Of a stretch of 35,683 nucleotides of DNA, positions 7,628-16,365 are shown piece by piece. The position numbers and the translations under genes were made by a program. The notes under the pieces were generated by a model. The model saw only the letters and a program-made list of their open reading frames with translations. It searched no databases and was not told the origin of the DNA. Position 1 is the stretch's first letter, and each line of letters begins with the position of its first letter. The stretch is from Candidatus Krumholzibacteriia bacterium. GTDB lineage: Bacteria; Krumholzibacteriota; Krumholzibacteriia; LZORAL124-64-63. The stretch is taken from the NCBI GenBank assembly GCA_046260475.1, contig JBHEPC010000244.1, positions 1-35,683 on the forward strand. Reading direction: 5' to 3'.

Positions 7628-8935
7628 ATGCGATGGCTCGATATCTACCTGCCCGATCCCGCGGACTCGCCCGTCCTGGCCGCGGCCTGCCGCCAGGCCC
7701 GGACCCTGGCCGCGGAACTGCCGGCGATCCAGGAGCGCGACGGCCTGGACGCTGTCGGCGTGACCGCGCGCATGGCCGAGGTCGGAGCGACCCTCTGCCA
7801 GGCCATCGGGGCGGTGCGGCCCCAGGCCTTCGCCCCCACGGCCGACGCCGGCGGGGACGCCACCACGACCCCGCCTTTGGGCGACGCCGACCACGACGCC
7901 CTGCTGGGCTACCACCTGGTGGTGGCCCCCGCCCTGCTGGACCTGCCCTGGAACTGGCTGCACACGGGCCTGGGCTTCGTGCTGGAGCATCACCCCCTGG
8001 CCTGGGGCACCCTCCCCGCGGGGGCGGCCCGCCGCCGGCCGGCCCGCCCGTGGTTCGAGCGGATGCAGCGCGCGCGCTACCTGGTGGGCGACGCGGGCGA
8101 GGCGGGGCTGCCGGCGACCCTGACCCAGCTGCGCGCCGGCGTGGCCCGGCCCGAGGTGCTGTTCGTGGCCGGCCACTCGGAGGAGGCGGTCCGCCGCCTG
8201 ATCCACCGCGAAGGCGAGGCCGTGGCTGCCGCCCTGGCCGACCGCCGCTGGGGCGAGCCCCTGGCGGCGCTGGACCTGCCGGCAGCGACCCCCACCCCGG
8301 GCCGGCTGGCCGAACAGGCCTTGCTCTACCAAGCCATCCACTACGCGGGCCCGGTCAGCTGCCCGGCCCGGCTGGCCGACGCCGGCGCCGCCCCCTGGCT
8401 GGACCAGCTGGTGCTGGACGCGGTGGGCGAACCGGACGAGGAATTCGCGCGGGAGTTGGGCCTGGAAGGCAAGCTGGTGGGCGTGGACCAGGTGACGGCG
8501 CTCCTGGACAGCGTGGCCGAAGGCTGGGAACAGCCGGCCGCCGCCTCCCTGCGCGCCGCCGGTGCGGCCGGACCGCGGGCCGGCGGCCCCTCCTGGCTGC
8601 TGGACGACGGCCCGGTGCCGCCGGAGCAGTTCGGCCGCGGGCCCGGCCTGCCCCCGCTGGTGTTCTCCAACTCCCATCGGGCGCTGCCCGAGCTGGGGGC
8701 GCGCTTCCTCGCGGCCGGCGCGTCGACCTTCATCGGGCCGGTGGCGCCCCTGTACAGCCGTCCTGCGCGCCTTTATGCCGGCGCCTGCTGGCGGGCCCTG
8801 GCGGCCGGCTGGTGCGCCGGGGCCGCCGCCTGGCGGGCGGCGGGAGACCTGCGCCGGGATCTCGGTCCCGAGCATCCGGCCTGGCTCAGCTACGGGGTGC
8901 AGGGCAGCGGCCTGCTGGCGCTCCAGTATCTCTAG
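7628..8935 (+). CDS. CHAT-domain-like protein lacking the canonical catalytic Cys (435 aa)
   Basis: First ATG after the tRNA terminator, with strong GC3 bias. CHAT-like landmarks: YHLVVAPALLDLPWNWL, AT..L...L....VLFVAGHS and AIHYAGPV (His-motif-like), LPPLVFSNSH where LSAC is expected, then LGARFLAAGASTFIGPV and HPAWLSYGVQG. Confidence 0.6.
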   Translation: MRWLDIYLPDPADSPVLAAACRQARTLAAELPAIQERDGLDAVGVTARMAEVGATLCQAIGAVRPQAFAPTADAGGDATTTPPLGDADHDALLGYHLVVAPALLDLPWNWLHTGLGFVLEHHPLAWGTLPAGAARRRPARPWFERMQRARYLVGDAGEAGLPATLTQLRAGVARPEVLFVAGHSEEAVRRLIHREGEAVAAALADRRWGEPLAALDLPAATPTPGRLAEQALLYQAIHYAGPVSCPARLADAGAAPWLDQLVLDAVGEPDEEFARELGLEGKLVGVDQVTALLDSVAEGWEQPAAASLRAAGAAGPRAGGPSWLLDDGPVPPEQFGRGPGLPPLVFSNSHRALPELGARFLAAGASTFIGPVAPLYSRPARLYAGACWRALAAGWCAGAAAWRAAGDLRRDLGPEHPAWLSYGVQGSGLLALQYL

Positions 8936-9339
8936 ACGCGGGACCCGCGCTCGCCCAGGGCGGCCGCGAGCCGCCGGGCCGCCCGGCGCACGTTGGCGCT
9001 GATGGTGGCGATCTCCTGCGCGGTGGCGCCGTCCTGGTGGATGCCCGCCGCGGCGGCGCAGGTGCATCCCGCCGCCTGGGCCACCAGCGCGGCGCACTCG
9101 GCGGCCAGGGGTCCCTCCTTGTGGGGCGGGATGACCACCTCCCCGGCGGGCCCGCCGTCCGCGGCCGGCCGCGCCACCGCCACCGCCCCCACGTGGGCCT
9201 CTCCCCCCGTGATCAGCAGCAGCAGGTCGCGCCCCTGGGGCACCAGCACGAGGCGGACCTCGGTGCGCCCGCGACCCTCGCTCACCGGGCCCGGCAGCGG
9301 GTCCTTGCCTGCGCTTCCCATGGTGCCGTACTCTGCCAT
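8932..9339 (-). CDS. Small conserved-looking protein (135 aa), possibly LpdD-like (prenylated-flavin chaperone / PAC2-like fold family)
   Basis: ATG 9339-9337 after GGGGG, with GC3-rich codons. The motif LLLLITGGEAHVGAVAV...PPHKE...CAAAAGIHQDGAT..EI resembles, from memory, the ITGG..PH.G signature of LpdD-like proteins. The assignment is tentative. An alternative start is ATG 9321. Confidence 0.5.
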   Translation of the reverse strand: MAEYGTMGSAGKDPLPGPVSEGRGRTEVRLVLVPQGRDLLLLITGGEAHVGAVAVARPAADGGPAGEVVIPPHKEGPLAAECAALVAQAAGCTCAAAAGIHQDGATAQEIATISANVRRAARRLAAALGERGSRV

Positions 9340-9560
9340 GCAACCCCCGGGCGGTCCGAAGCGTCTACCTTCCGGGACGGGGAGAGCCGGCCCCGCCGCA
9401 GCGCCGGCGGAACCGGATGCCCCGCCCGGACCGCCAGGGTATACTATATTCCCGCCGACCGGGAACATTCGCGTGCGGGAAGGTGGTGGTCGGCCATCCC
9501 GCGACAGGTCCGGACCGCCGGCGGCGCCCCGCGCCCGGCCGGTCCCACGCACGGAGCAGC

Positions 9561-12188
9561 ATGCCGCCCGAACGGCAGAACCCGAACCCCCTGACGGGAG
9601 TCCTCCAGTTGCTCGTGTCCCGTGGCGCCCACCTCGTGCTGGGCTTCGTCACGGTGGGCGCCGTGCTGTTCTGCGGCTGGGACGCCACCCGCGAGCGGCC
9701 CAGCGACGGCACCGTCTGGCTGCTGGGCCGGCCCGAACTGGAGGTGCTGGACCTGCTGCCGGTCGGCGGCGGGCAGCCCACACCCCTGAGGACCGGGGAC
9801 CGGATCGTGGGCATCGGCCGGCGCATCGTGGGCTCGCCCCAGCAGGCGGCCGACGAGCTGCGGCGCTACGAGCCGGGCACGGTCGTGCCCTACCTGGTGC
9901 GCCGCGGCACCGAGCAGCTGACCCTGAGCGTGCCCCTGGGCACCACCCGCGTGGACCTGCGCGACTACTCGGTGAACGTGGTGCTGGCGCTGGTCTACCT
10001 GGTGATCGGCTTCGCCGTCTACCTGCGCTCGGGCAACGAGCGGGCGCCCAGCCTGTTCTTCGTGCTGTGCCTGCTGTTCGGCCTCTACTTCATGACCAAC
10101 CTGCAGCAGGTCAGCTACTTCCTGGGCGCGATCATCACCCAGAACATCGGGGCCTTCGCCCGCTTCATGCTGCCGGCGGTGTTCCTGCACTTCTTCCTGG
10201 TCTTTCCCCGCAAGAAGCTGACGCTGACCAAGCACCCGTTCCTGGCGCCGCTGCTGTACCTGCTGCCCTGGATGTTCTACCTGCGTTTTACCCTCAACCA
10301 GTTCATCGGCAGCGAGGGAGCCAAGATCGGCGCCACCAGCTGGATCGTGCTGGGCCTGTACTACGTGTTCGGCCTGTGGGCCCTGCTGCACGGCTACTTC
10401 AGCTACCGGGACCCGCTGATGCGCCAGCGGGTGCGCATCCTGACCTTCGGCACCCTGGCCGCGGTGATCCCCTTCCTGATCGTGAAGATCGGCATGGAGG
10501 AGCTGAACTTCCGCACCGGCCTGACCCGCCTGGGCGCGATCCCCCTGGCCATGATCCCGATCAGCTTCGGCTATTGCGTGGCCCGCTACCAGGTGCTGCA
10601 GATCGATCTGCTGCTCAAGCGCAACCTGGCCTACGCCCTGCTGACGGGCGGCGTGTGGCTGGGCTACCTGGGCCTGGCCTGGTGGCTGGGCGGGCGCCTG
10701 CTGGAGGTCGTCCCGGCCGCGGCCAGCCCCCTGATCGCCGCCGGCACGACCCTGGCCGTGGCGGCGGGCCTGTGGCCCCTGCGCCGCGGCCTGCAGCAGG
10801 CCCTGGACCGGCGCTTCTACCACTCCCGCGACAACCTGACCGCCGTGATCGAGGAGTTCAGCAAGGAGATCCCCCGCCTGATCCAGCGGGACGCCCTGCT
10901 GGAGCGCGTGGGCCGCCGCCTGGTCGGGGCCCTGGAGCTGCCGGGCCTGGCCTTCTACCTGGGCGAGGGCGACCACCAGGCGCGCGAGTTCGTCCTGGCC
11001 GGCCGCACCTTCGCAGCACCCTCGCCGCGGACCGAGGAGGACACGCCCCCGCCGGCGCCCCCGGTCTGGCCCGAGCGCCTGCACCTGGCCGCCCTGGCGC
11101 CCCTGCTCGAGCAGCAGAGCGAGCCCTTCTGGGCCGACCCCGGCGACGCCTTCGAGGTCGAGATGCGCCAGGCCATCACCCGGGAGCAGGCCGAGCTGAA
11201 AGCCCGCGCCCGCGAGCAGCTGATCCTGGTCGAACACGGCGTCCAGCTCGTGGTGCCGCTGGTGGCCCAGGGCCGGCTGGTGGGCCTGGTGGCCCTGCCG
11301 GGGCGCCCCGGCGACGAGGACTGGGCGGTCTACGAGCTGCAGCTGTTGACCATCGTCGCCGGGCAGGTGGCGCTGCAGGTGGAGAACGCGCGGCTGTACG
11401 AGGAGGAGGTGGCCAAGCAGAAGCTCGAGGAGGAGATCGCCATGGCCCGCCAGATCCAGGCCCGGCTGCTGCCGCGCCGGATCCCCTCCTACGCCGGGGT
11501 CGAGATCGAGGCCGTGAACATCTCCAGCAAGCAGGTCTCCGGCGACTACTACGACGTGATCGAGCGCGAGGACGGCCGCCTGGGCATCGTCATCGCCGAC
11601 GTCAGCGGCAAGGGCATGCCCGCCTCCATCCTGGCCTCGAACATCCAGGCCGCGCTGCGGGCCCAGTGCGACACCTGCACGTCGCCCGCCGAGGTGCTCA
11701 CGCGCATCAACAAGCAGATCCACGCCAGCACCGACCCCCAGCACTTCGCCACCCTCTTCCTGTCCCTGTTCGACCCGGCCACCCGGCGCCTGCGCTACAG
11801 TTCCGGGGGGCACAACGCCCCGGTGATCATGCGGGCCGACGGCACGGTGCACCTGCTCGAGAAGGGCGGCATGCCCCTGGGCGCCTTCGACTTCGGCACC
11901 TACGAGGAGGAGGAGGTTCAGCTCGAGCCCGGCGACATGCTGTTCATGTACACCGACGGCCTGACCGAGACCAAGGGCCGCGACGGGGACGAGGACTACG
12001 GCGAGGACCGCCTGAACGACCTGCTGCGGGAGCACCGCCTGACCCCGGCGGCGGACCTCTTCGCCGAGGTGCACCGGCGCCTGCGGGACTTCAGCGGCCG
12101 CAAGGACGCCGACGACGACATCACCATGGTGTGCGTGAAGATCGCCGCCGAGGCCGGCCAGGTGCTGGCCGGGGCCGGCGGCCCCTGA
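9561..12188 (+). CDS. Membrane sensor phosphatase: N-terminal TM + PDZ, polytopic membrane region, GAF-like region, PP2C/SpoIIE (RsbU-like) phosphatase domain (875 aa)
   Basis: ATG 9561. PDZ-like LRTGDRIVGIG...GTVVPYLVRRGTEQLTLSVPL, about 8-10 hydrophobic helices, then ARQIQARLLP...VSGDYYDV...IADVSGKGMPASIL...GGHNAPV...FMYTDGLTE...DDITMVCVKI, the classic SpoIIE/PP2C signature. Confidence 0.85.
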   Translation: MPPERQNPNPLTGVLQLLVSRGAHLVLGFVTVGAVLFCGWDATRERPSDGTVWLLGRPELEVLDLLPVGGGQPTPLRTGDRIVGIGRRIVGSPQQAADELRRYEPGTVVPYLVRRGTEQLTLSVPLGTTRVDLRDYSVNVVLALVYLVIGFAVYLRSGNERAPSLFFVLCLLFGLYFMTNLQQVSYFLGAIITQNIGAFARFMLPAVFLHFFLVFPRKKLTLTKHPFLAPLLYLLPWMFYLRFTLNQFIGSEGAKIGATSWIVLGLYYVFGLWALLHGYFSYRDPLMRQRVRILTFGTLAAVIPFLIVKIGMEELNFRTGLTRLGAIPLAMIPISFGYCVARYQVLQIDLLLKRNLAYALLTGGVWLGYLGLAWWLGGRLLEVVPAAASPLIAAGTTLAVAAGLWPLRRGLQQALDRRFYHSRDNLTAVIEEFSKEIPRLIQRDALLERVGRRLVGALELPGLAFYLGEGDHQAREFVLAGRTFAAPSPRTEEDTPPPAPPVWPERLHLAALAPLLEQQSEPFWADPGDAFEVEMRQAITREQAELKARAREQLILVEHGVQLVVPLVAQGRLVGLVALPGRPGDEDWAVYELQLLTIVAGQVALQVENARLYEEEVAKQKLEEEIAMARQIQARLLPRRIPSYAGVEIEAVNISSKQVSGDYYDVIEREDGRLGIVIADVSGKGMPASILASNIQAALRAQCDTCTSPAEVLTRINKQIHASTDPQHFATLFLSLFDPATRRLRYSSGGHNAPVIMRADGTVHLLEKGGMPLGAFDFGTYEEEEVQLEPGDMLFMYTDGLTETKGRDGDEDYGEDRLNDLLREHRLTPAADLFAEVHRRLRDFSGRKDADDDITMVCVKIAAEAGQVLAGAGGP

Positions 12189-12308
12189 ACGGCCGGAGGA
12201 ATACCGGCCCCCGCCGCAACCCGGGGGCCGGAAAGGACGTAGCGAACAGGATACGGAGGTGCCGGCCGCGCCGCGGCCGGGACGCCGGGTCCGAACCTGC
12301 CCGGAGGC

Positions 12309-13805
12309 GTGCGCGTGAAGTGGATGATCTTGGGCCTTGCGGCCGCCCTGCTGCTGATCGGGCTGGGCGTGGTGCTGACCGGCGGCGAGGGCGGCGGAAC
12401 CGCGGTGTCCGCCGACCCCGAGGCCGCCCTGCTCTGCAGTGAGGGCACCGAGGACGCCAACGCCTTCCGCCTGGGTGCCGCGGTGGAGAAGCTGGGCCGC
12501 GCCCTGGAGCTGGATCCCTCCCTGGCCGAGGCTTCCATCGCCCGCGCCCTGGCCCTGGCGCGGCTGGGCCGCAGCGACGAGTACAAGCGCGAGTTGGCCC
12601 GCGCCGACAGCCTGACCCTGCTGATCACCGACGACGACCGGCGCATGCTGGCCGAGCTGCGCCTGAGCGCCTTTCTGGGCTCCCGGGCCTTCGCCCTGCG
12701 CGACTCCCTGCTGGAGAAGCTCGCCCGGGAGATGCCCCGCAACATCCACGTGCTGGTGGCCCAGGCCGGGCTGCCCCAGCGCGAGAACGACCTGGCGGCC
12801 CAGGAGGAGGCCTGGCTGCGCATCCTGGAGGTCGACCCCAGCTACGCCAACAGCTACAACATGCTTGGTTACCTGGAAATGGCCCGCGCCAACTACGACA
12901 AGGCCATCGAGTACATGCAGAAGTACGCCTTCCTGGCGCCGGACCTGGCCAACCCCCACGACTCCCTGGGCGAGGTCCTGATGACCATCGGCCGCTACGA
13001 GGAGGCGGAGCAGGAGTTCCGGGCCGCCCTGAAGATGCAGCCGGACTTCTACCACTCGATGATCAACCTGGCCCGGGTCTACCTGGCCCGCGGGCAGATC
13101 CGCACGGGCAAGGAGATCCTGGTCAAGGTGCGGGACCTGGTGGCCGGCAGCGAGCTGGAGAAGAACGTGGACCGCGAGTTGGTGGGCACGTACGTGGTCA
13201 ACGGCCTGGAGGACGAACTGCAGCAGCTGATCGCCGGCTACGTGACCCGTTACCCCGACGACCACACCACGGGCTTCTACCGGGCCATGGGCCTGGCCTA
13301 CCAGGGCAGGGTCCAGGAAGGGCAGGCCGTGATGGACTCCTGCCTGGCGGCCTGGCGCGGCGGCGAGACCTACGGCAAGAGCCGCGATTCGCGCGAGAGC
13401 ATCGACTACGCCGACCGCCAGTTCGACGCCCTGGTGGCCGACGTGGCCGACGACCCGGAGACCGCCGCCCGCCTGTGGCGCCGCGTGGTCGACCTGGTCG
13501 ACGGCGAGCGGCCCTTCCACGAGACCTGGTTCGACCGCTACCGCCTGGCCGCGGCCCTGCACGCCGGCGGCCGGCCCGGCGAGGCCCTGGCCGAGATCGA
13601 GCCCATCCTCGCGGCCAACCCCCGCGCCCTGAACGTGCTGGTGCTGGCGGTGCGCTGCTTCCTGGACCTGGACCGCCTGGCCGAGGCGCGCCAGGCCCTG
13701 GAGCAGCTGCAGTGGAGCGTGGCCAAGGCGGACGAGGACTTCCCCGCCCGGCTGACCGCCGCCGCGCTGGCCGGGCAGCTGGCCGCCCGCGAGGGCGCGC
13801 CTTAG
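12309..13805 (+). CDS. TPR-repeat protein with N-terminal membrane anchor
   Basis: N-terminal hydrophobic helix (WMILGLAAALLLIGLGVVL). TPR-like repeats (ANSYNMLGYLEMARANYDKAIEYMQKY..., HDSLGEVLMTIGRYEEAEQEFRAALKMQPDF...). The start is ambiguous: GTG 12309, GTG 12315 (7 nt after GGAGG 12303-12307) or ATG 12324. Confidence 0.75.
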   Translation: MRVKWMILGLAAALLLIGLGVVLTGGEGGGTAVSADPEAALLCSEGTEDANAFRLGAAVEKLGRALELDPSLAEASIARALALARLGRSDEYKRELARADSLTLLITDDDRRMLAELRLSAFLGSRAFALRDSLLEKLAREMPRNIHVLVAQAGLPQRENDLAAQEEAWLRILEVDPSYANSYNMLGYLEMARANYDKAIEYMQKYAFLAPDLANPHDSLGEVLMTIGRYEEAEQEFRAALKMQPDFYHSMINLARVYLARGQIRTGKEILVKVRDLVAGSELEKNVDRELVGTYVVNGLEDELQQLIAGYVTRYPDDHTTGFYRAMGLAYQGRVQEGQAVMDSCLAAWRGGETYGKSRDSRESIDYADRQFDALVADVADDPETAARLWRRVVDLVDGERPFHETWFDRYRLAAALHAGGRPGEALAEIEPILAANPRALNVLVLAVRCFLDLDRLAEARQALEQLQWSVAKADEDFPARLTAAALAGQLAAREGAP

Positions 13806-13832
13806 CCCGGATCATTCATGGCTGATCCGGGC
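13805..13832. terminator. Hairpin between convergent genes (possible bidirectional terminator)
   Basis: GCCCGGATCA (13805-13814) pairs perfectly with TGATCCGGGC (13823-13832), 8-nt loop, no clear U tract. Confidence 0.4.
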
Positions 13833-13848
13833 CAGGTCGCCCCGGCGC

Positions 13849-14925
13849 CTAGACTTCCCGGAAGAAGTAGGGCCGCAGGCACTGGACGATCTTCTCGTAG
13901 GTCTCCGGGTAGAGCCCCCACACCGCCGCCGCCACCGAGCTGAGCAGGCTGTTGCCGTCCTGGGGCGTGAAGCTGCAGCCGGTGATCGAGGTGCCGCTCT
14001 CGTCCACGTGCAGGGTGTCGATGGGGATCACCGACTGGTTGAGGATGCGGCCGCAGAAGCCGTGGTCCCGCCCGAAGGAGAAGATGCTGTTGGCCGTCGT
14101 CTTGTAGGTGACGGCGATGCGGTCGTCGGCCGTCAGCCGCGCCACCAGCTCGTCCCGGGTGACGGGACGGCGGACCTTCAGGTGGTAGTGGATCACGTGC
14201 ATGAACTGGCTGTTCAGCCGCAGGGCCGAGCTGAACAGGTTCAGGTCGTACTGCTCGCCCTTGGTGCGGAACAGGTGCCAGGCGTCGCGGGCGTGGTGGG
14301 TGCCGAAGCGCTCCACCCGGTGGGCGCCCACCTGGGGGCTGGGCACGAACTTGCCGTCCTCGCTGATGTCGTTGGCCCGCCGCATGCAGACGAAGCGGCC
14401 CTCGACCAGGTTCTCCGGTCCCTCGTCCCCCAGACCCAGGACCTTGATGATGACCGACAGGTTGTGGGTGTTGCAGCTGACCACCTGCAGGTACTTGTCC
14501 CGGCCCTTGGCCAGCACCTCGTCGTTGATGCCGCGGGCGTAGGGCGTGCCGAAGCCGAACTGACTGCCCTGGGCGATGAAGAGTTCGGTGTCCGCCTCGT
14601 ACTGCGCGTACCAGCACTCCTTCATCTCCTTGCCCGAGGGCGTGCAGTCGACGACCACGCGGGCGGCCTTGAGGGCGTCCTCGGTGCAGGCGTCGACCTT
14701 CAGGCCCAGCTGCTCGAAGCCCGCGATGCGGTCGCTGTCGGTGACCAGGCGCGCGCCGCGCCGCAGCAGGTTGATGACCTTGGCGCGGTCGTCCAGCAGC
14801 GGCGTCCGCTTGTGGACGATCACCTCGTCGATGCCCAGCTGGGCCTTGAAGTGGCAGAGCAGGCCGATCAGCGGCTCGCCGATGGTGCCTGTGCCGACGA
14901 CGAGGACGGACTTCGGACCGAACAT
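13849..14925 (-). CDS. Type II (archaeal-type) glyceraldehyde-3-phosphate dehydrogenase-like NAD(P)-dependent dehydrogenase
   Basis: ATG 14925 after GGGAGAG. Rossmann VVGTGTIGEP, VVDCTPSG, catalytic-Cys context QVVSCNTHNL (archaeal GAPDH has VVSCNTTGL), FVCMRRANDI and GTHHARD (archaeal SHHGPD). Confidence 0.75.
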   Translation of the reverse strand: MFGPKSVLVVGTGTIGEPLIGLLCHFKAQLGIDEVIVHKRTPLLDDRAKVINLLRRGARLVTDSDRIAGFEQLGLKVDACTEDALKAARVVVDCTPSGKEMKECWYAQYEADTELFIAQGSQFGFGTPYARGINDEVLAKGRDKYLQVVSCNTHNLSVIIKVLGLGDEGPENLVEGRFVCMRRANDISEDGKFVPSPQVGAHRVERFGTHHARDAWHLFRTKGEQYDLNLFSSALRLNSQFMHVIHYHLKVRRPVTRDELVARLTADDRIAVTYKTTANSIFSFGRDHGFCGRILNQSVIPIDTLHVDESGTSITGCSFTPQDGNSLLSSVAAAVWGLYPETYEKIVQCLRPYFFREV

Positions 14926-14946
14926 GGACCTCTCCCTGGCTGGCGG

Positions 14947-16365
14947 TCAGCGCTCGGGCAGGCCCCACCGCTCGTGGGGCAGCACCTCCACCGGCCGCGC
15001 GAAGAACTTGTCGACGGGGTAGCGGAGCAAGTTACTGACCCGCGAGGTGTAGATACAAGAGAATTCCATGATCTGGCGCCCGAAGCGGCTGGCCGCCCGG
15101 CCTTCGCGGAAAAGCGACTCCCAGTGGGGGTTGAGCACCGCGCGCACCTGGCGCTGCAGGCGGGCGCGCTGGCCCAGGGCCTCGCCCAGGCGCCTTTCGA
15201 GGGCTTCGCGCGCGGCCGCGTCGCCGCCGGCGGCGGCCAAGTGGTCCTGCTCCAGGACCAGCTCCTCGAGCAGCTCCTCCACCGCGGCCAGCTCGCGCCG
15301 CTGCCCGGCCAGGGGGGTCAGGGCCTCGATCTCCTCCTCCACCTCGGGCACGATCATCGCCGTACGCCAGCCGACGGACTTCTTGCTGCGCAGGATATCG
15401 CCGTAGGTGTGGTCGCCCCAGTAGAGGATCCCGTCGCCGCGGCAGCCCAGATTGCGCTCCAGGAAGAACGCGTCCCCGCCCACGTAGCAGATGCCGCGGT
15501 GGTTGGGCATGCGCGCGAGCTGCCCCGCCGGCACCGGCTCGCCCGGCCCGCGGGCCAGGAAGAAGCCGGGCTTGCGGGCGAAGCACACGACCAGGTCGAA
15601 GAGATCCTCCCACGAGCCGGCCGGGCCGCCCACCAGGTGGTCCATCACCGCGGCGGTGTAGTCGGCCTCCGAGTTGGTCAACAGGAAGAGCTTCGTGCCC
15701 GCCTCGCGGGCACGCCGCAGGGTGGGCACGAGGTCCGGATCGCGCAGGAAGTAGCGGTCCAGGTCGGCGGTGATGCGGTGCTTGAGGGAGCCGTCGGCGT
15801 GCAGGGTGTCGACGGTCTGGCGGATGTCGTCGAAGAGCGCCCGCCGCGAGCGGTCCAGGCGCACGGCGCCCCTTTCCGCCAGGTCGATGACGGCCGCGTA
15901 GAGCGAACCCTCGGGCAGGTCGAACAGGGTGTCGAAGATGCGGTAGCGGCCGCTGCCGATGCGGATGCGCCCGCGGGGATAGAGGCTGCGCCGCTCCTCC
16001 TTCTCCAGGAAGCGGAAGCCGTGGCGCACCCGCGTGATGTGGCCGTGGGCGTCCACCTTCAGCAGGTTGCCCAGGCGCTTGTCCACGATCAGGCCCCGGA
16101 TGGCCGCGGCCGCGTCCCAGCGCACGCCCCGCACCGCCTCGGGGTAGCCCTTGTCCCGCACGAGCCGCTCGACAGCCAGCTCGAAGCACAGCCGGTTGAA
16201 GTTGTCGGTGTCGTAGACCGCCAGGGTGTGGTCCATGTCGAAGCCCATGGCCGCGATGGCGGTCATGCGCAGGTTGCGGTTGGTGAAGACGCGCCGGCTG
16301 GGCGCGGGCGCCCACCCGGCGGCGGCGGACGCGGAAAGGGCGGCGGCTCCGGTCGGACCGGTCAT
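14947..16365 (-). CDS. HAD-IG family 5'-nucleotidase (cytosolic purine 5'-nucleotidase cN-II-like)
   Basis: ATG 16365 after AGGAG. Translation VFTNRNLRMTAIAAMGFDMDHTLAVY (DMDxT HAD motif I in the cN-II context), LFLLTNSEADYT, ILYWGDHTYGDILRSKK, and C-terminal FGRQIMEFSCIYTSRVSNLL. Confidence 0.85.
   Translation of the reverse strand: MTGPTGAAALSASAAAGWAPAPSRRVFTNRNLRMTAIAAMGFDMDHTLAVYDTDNFNRLCFELAVERLVRDKGYPEAVRGVRWDAAAAIRGLIVDKRLGNLLKVDAHGHITRVRHGFRFLEKEERRSLYPRGRIRIGSGRYRIFDTLFDLPEGSLYAAVIDLAERGAVRLDRSRRALFDDIRQTVDTLHADGSLKHRITADLDRYFLRDPDLVPTLRRAREAGTKLFLLTNSEADYTAAVMDHLVGGPAGSWEDLFDLVVCFARKPGFFLARGPGEPVPAGQLARMPNHRGICYVGGDAFFLERNLGCRGDGILYWGDHTYGDILRSKKSVGWRTAMIVPEVEEEIEALTPLAGQRRELAAVEELLEELVLEQDHLAAAGGDAAAREALERRLGEALGQRARLQRQVRAVLNPHWESLFREGRAASRFGRQIMEFSCIYTSRVSNLLRYPVDKFFARPVEVLPHERWGLPER

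Noticed and set aside
7330-9339. tRNA-Leu as an integration site for a genomic islet carrying the CHAT-like and LpdD-like genes
   Set aside because: I saw no integrase and no direct repeat of the tRNA 3' end downstream. GC content and codon style match the surroundings.
7124-9343. N-terminal 740 aa of the 896-aa ORF ending in smpB
   Set aside because: It runs across tRNA-Leu, its terminator and the CHAT-like gene (antisense). Only the C-terminal 156 aa (SmpB) look real.
8993-12442. 1149-aa plus-strand ORF overlapping the phosphatase gene in another frame
   Set aside because: The Pro/Arg/Gly/Ala-rich translation has no domains. The phosphatase frame shows clear family motifs and GC3 bias.
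9444-13562. 1372-aa ORF on the minus strand (largest in the track)
   Set aside because: It is antisense to the well-supported PP2C phosphatase and TPR genes. The translation is monotonous Ala/Gly/Arg/Val/Gln-rich with no recognisable motifs, a typical open off-frame in ~70% GC DNA.
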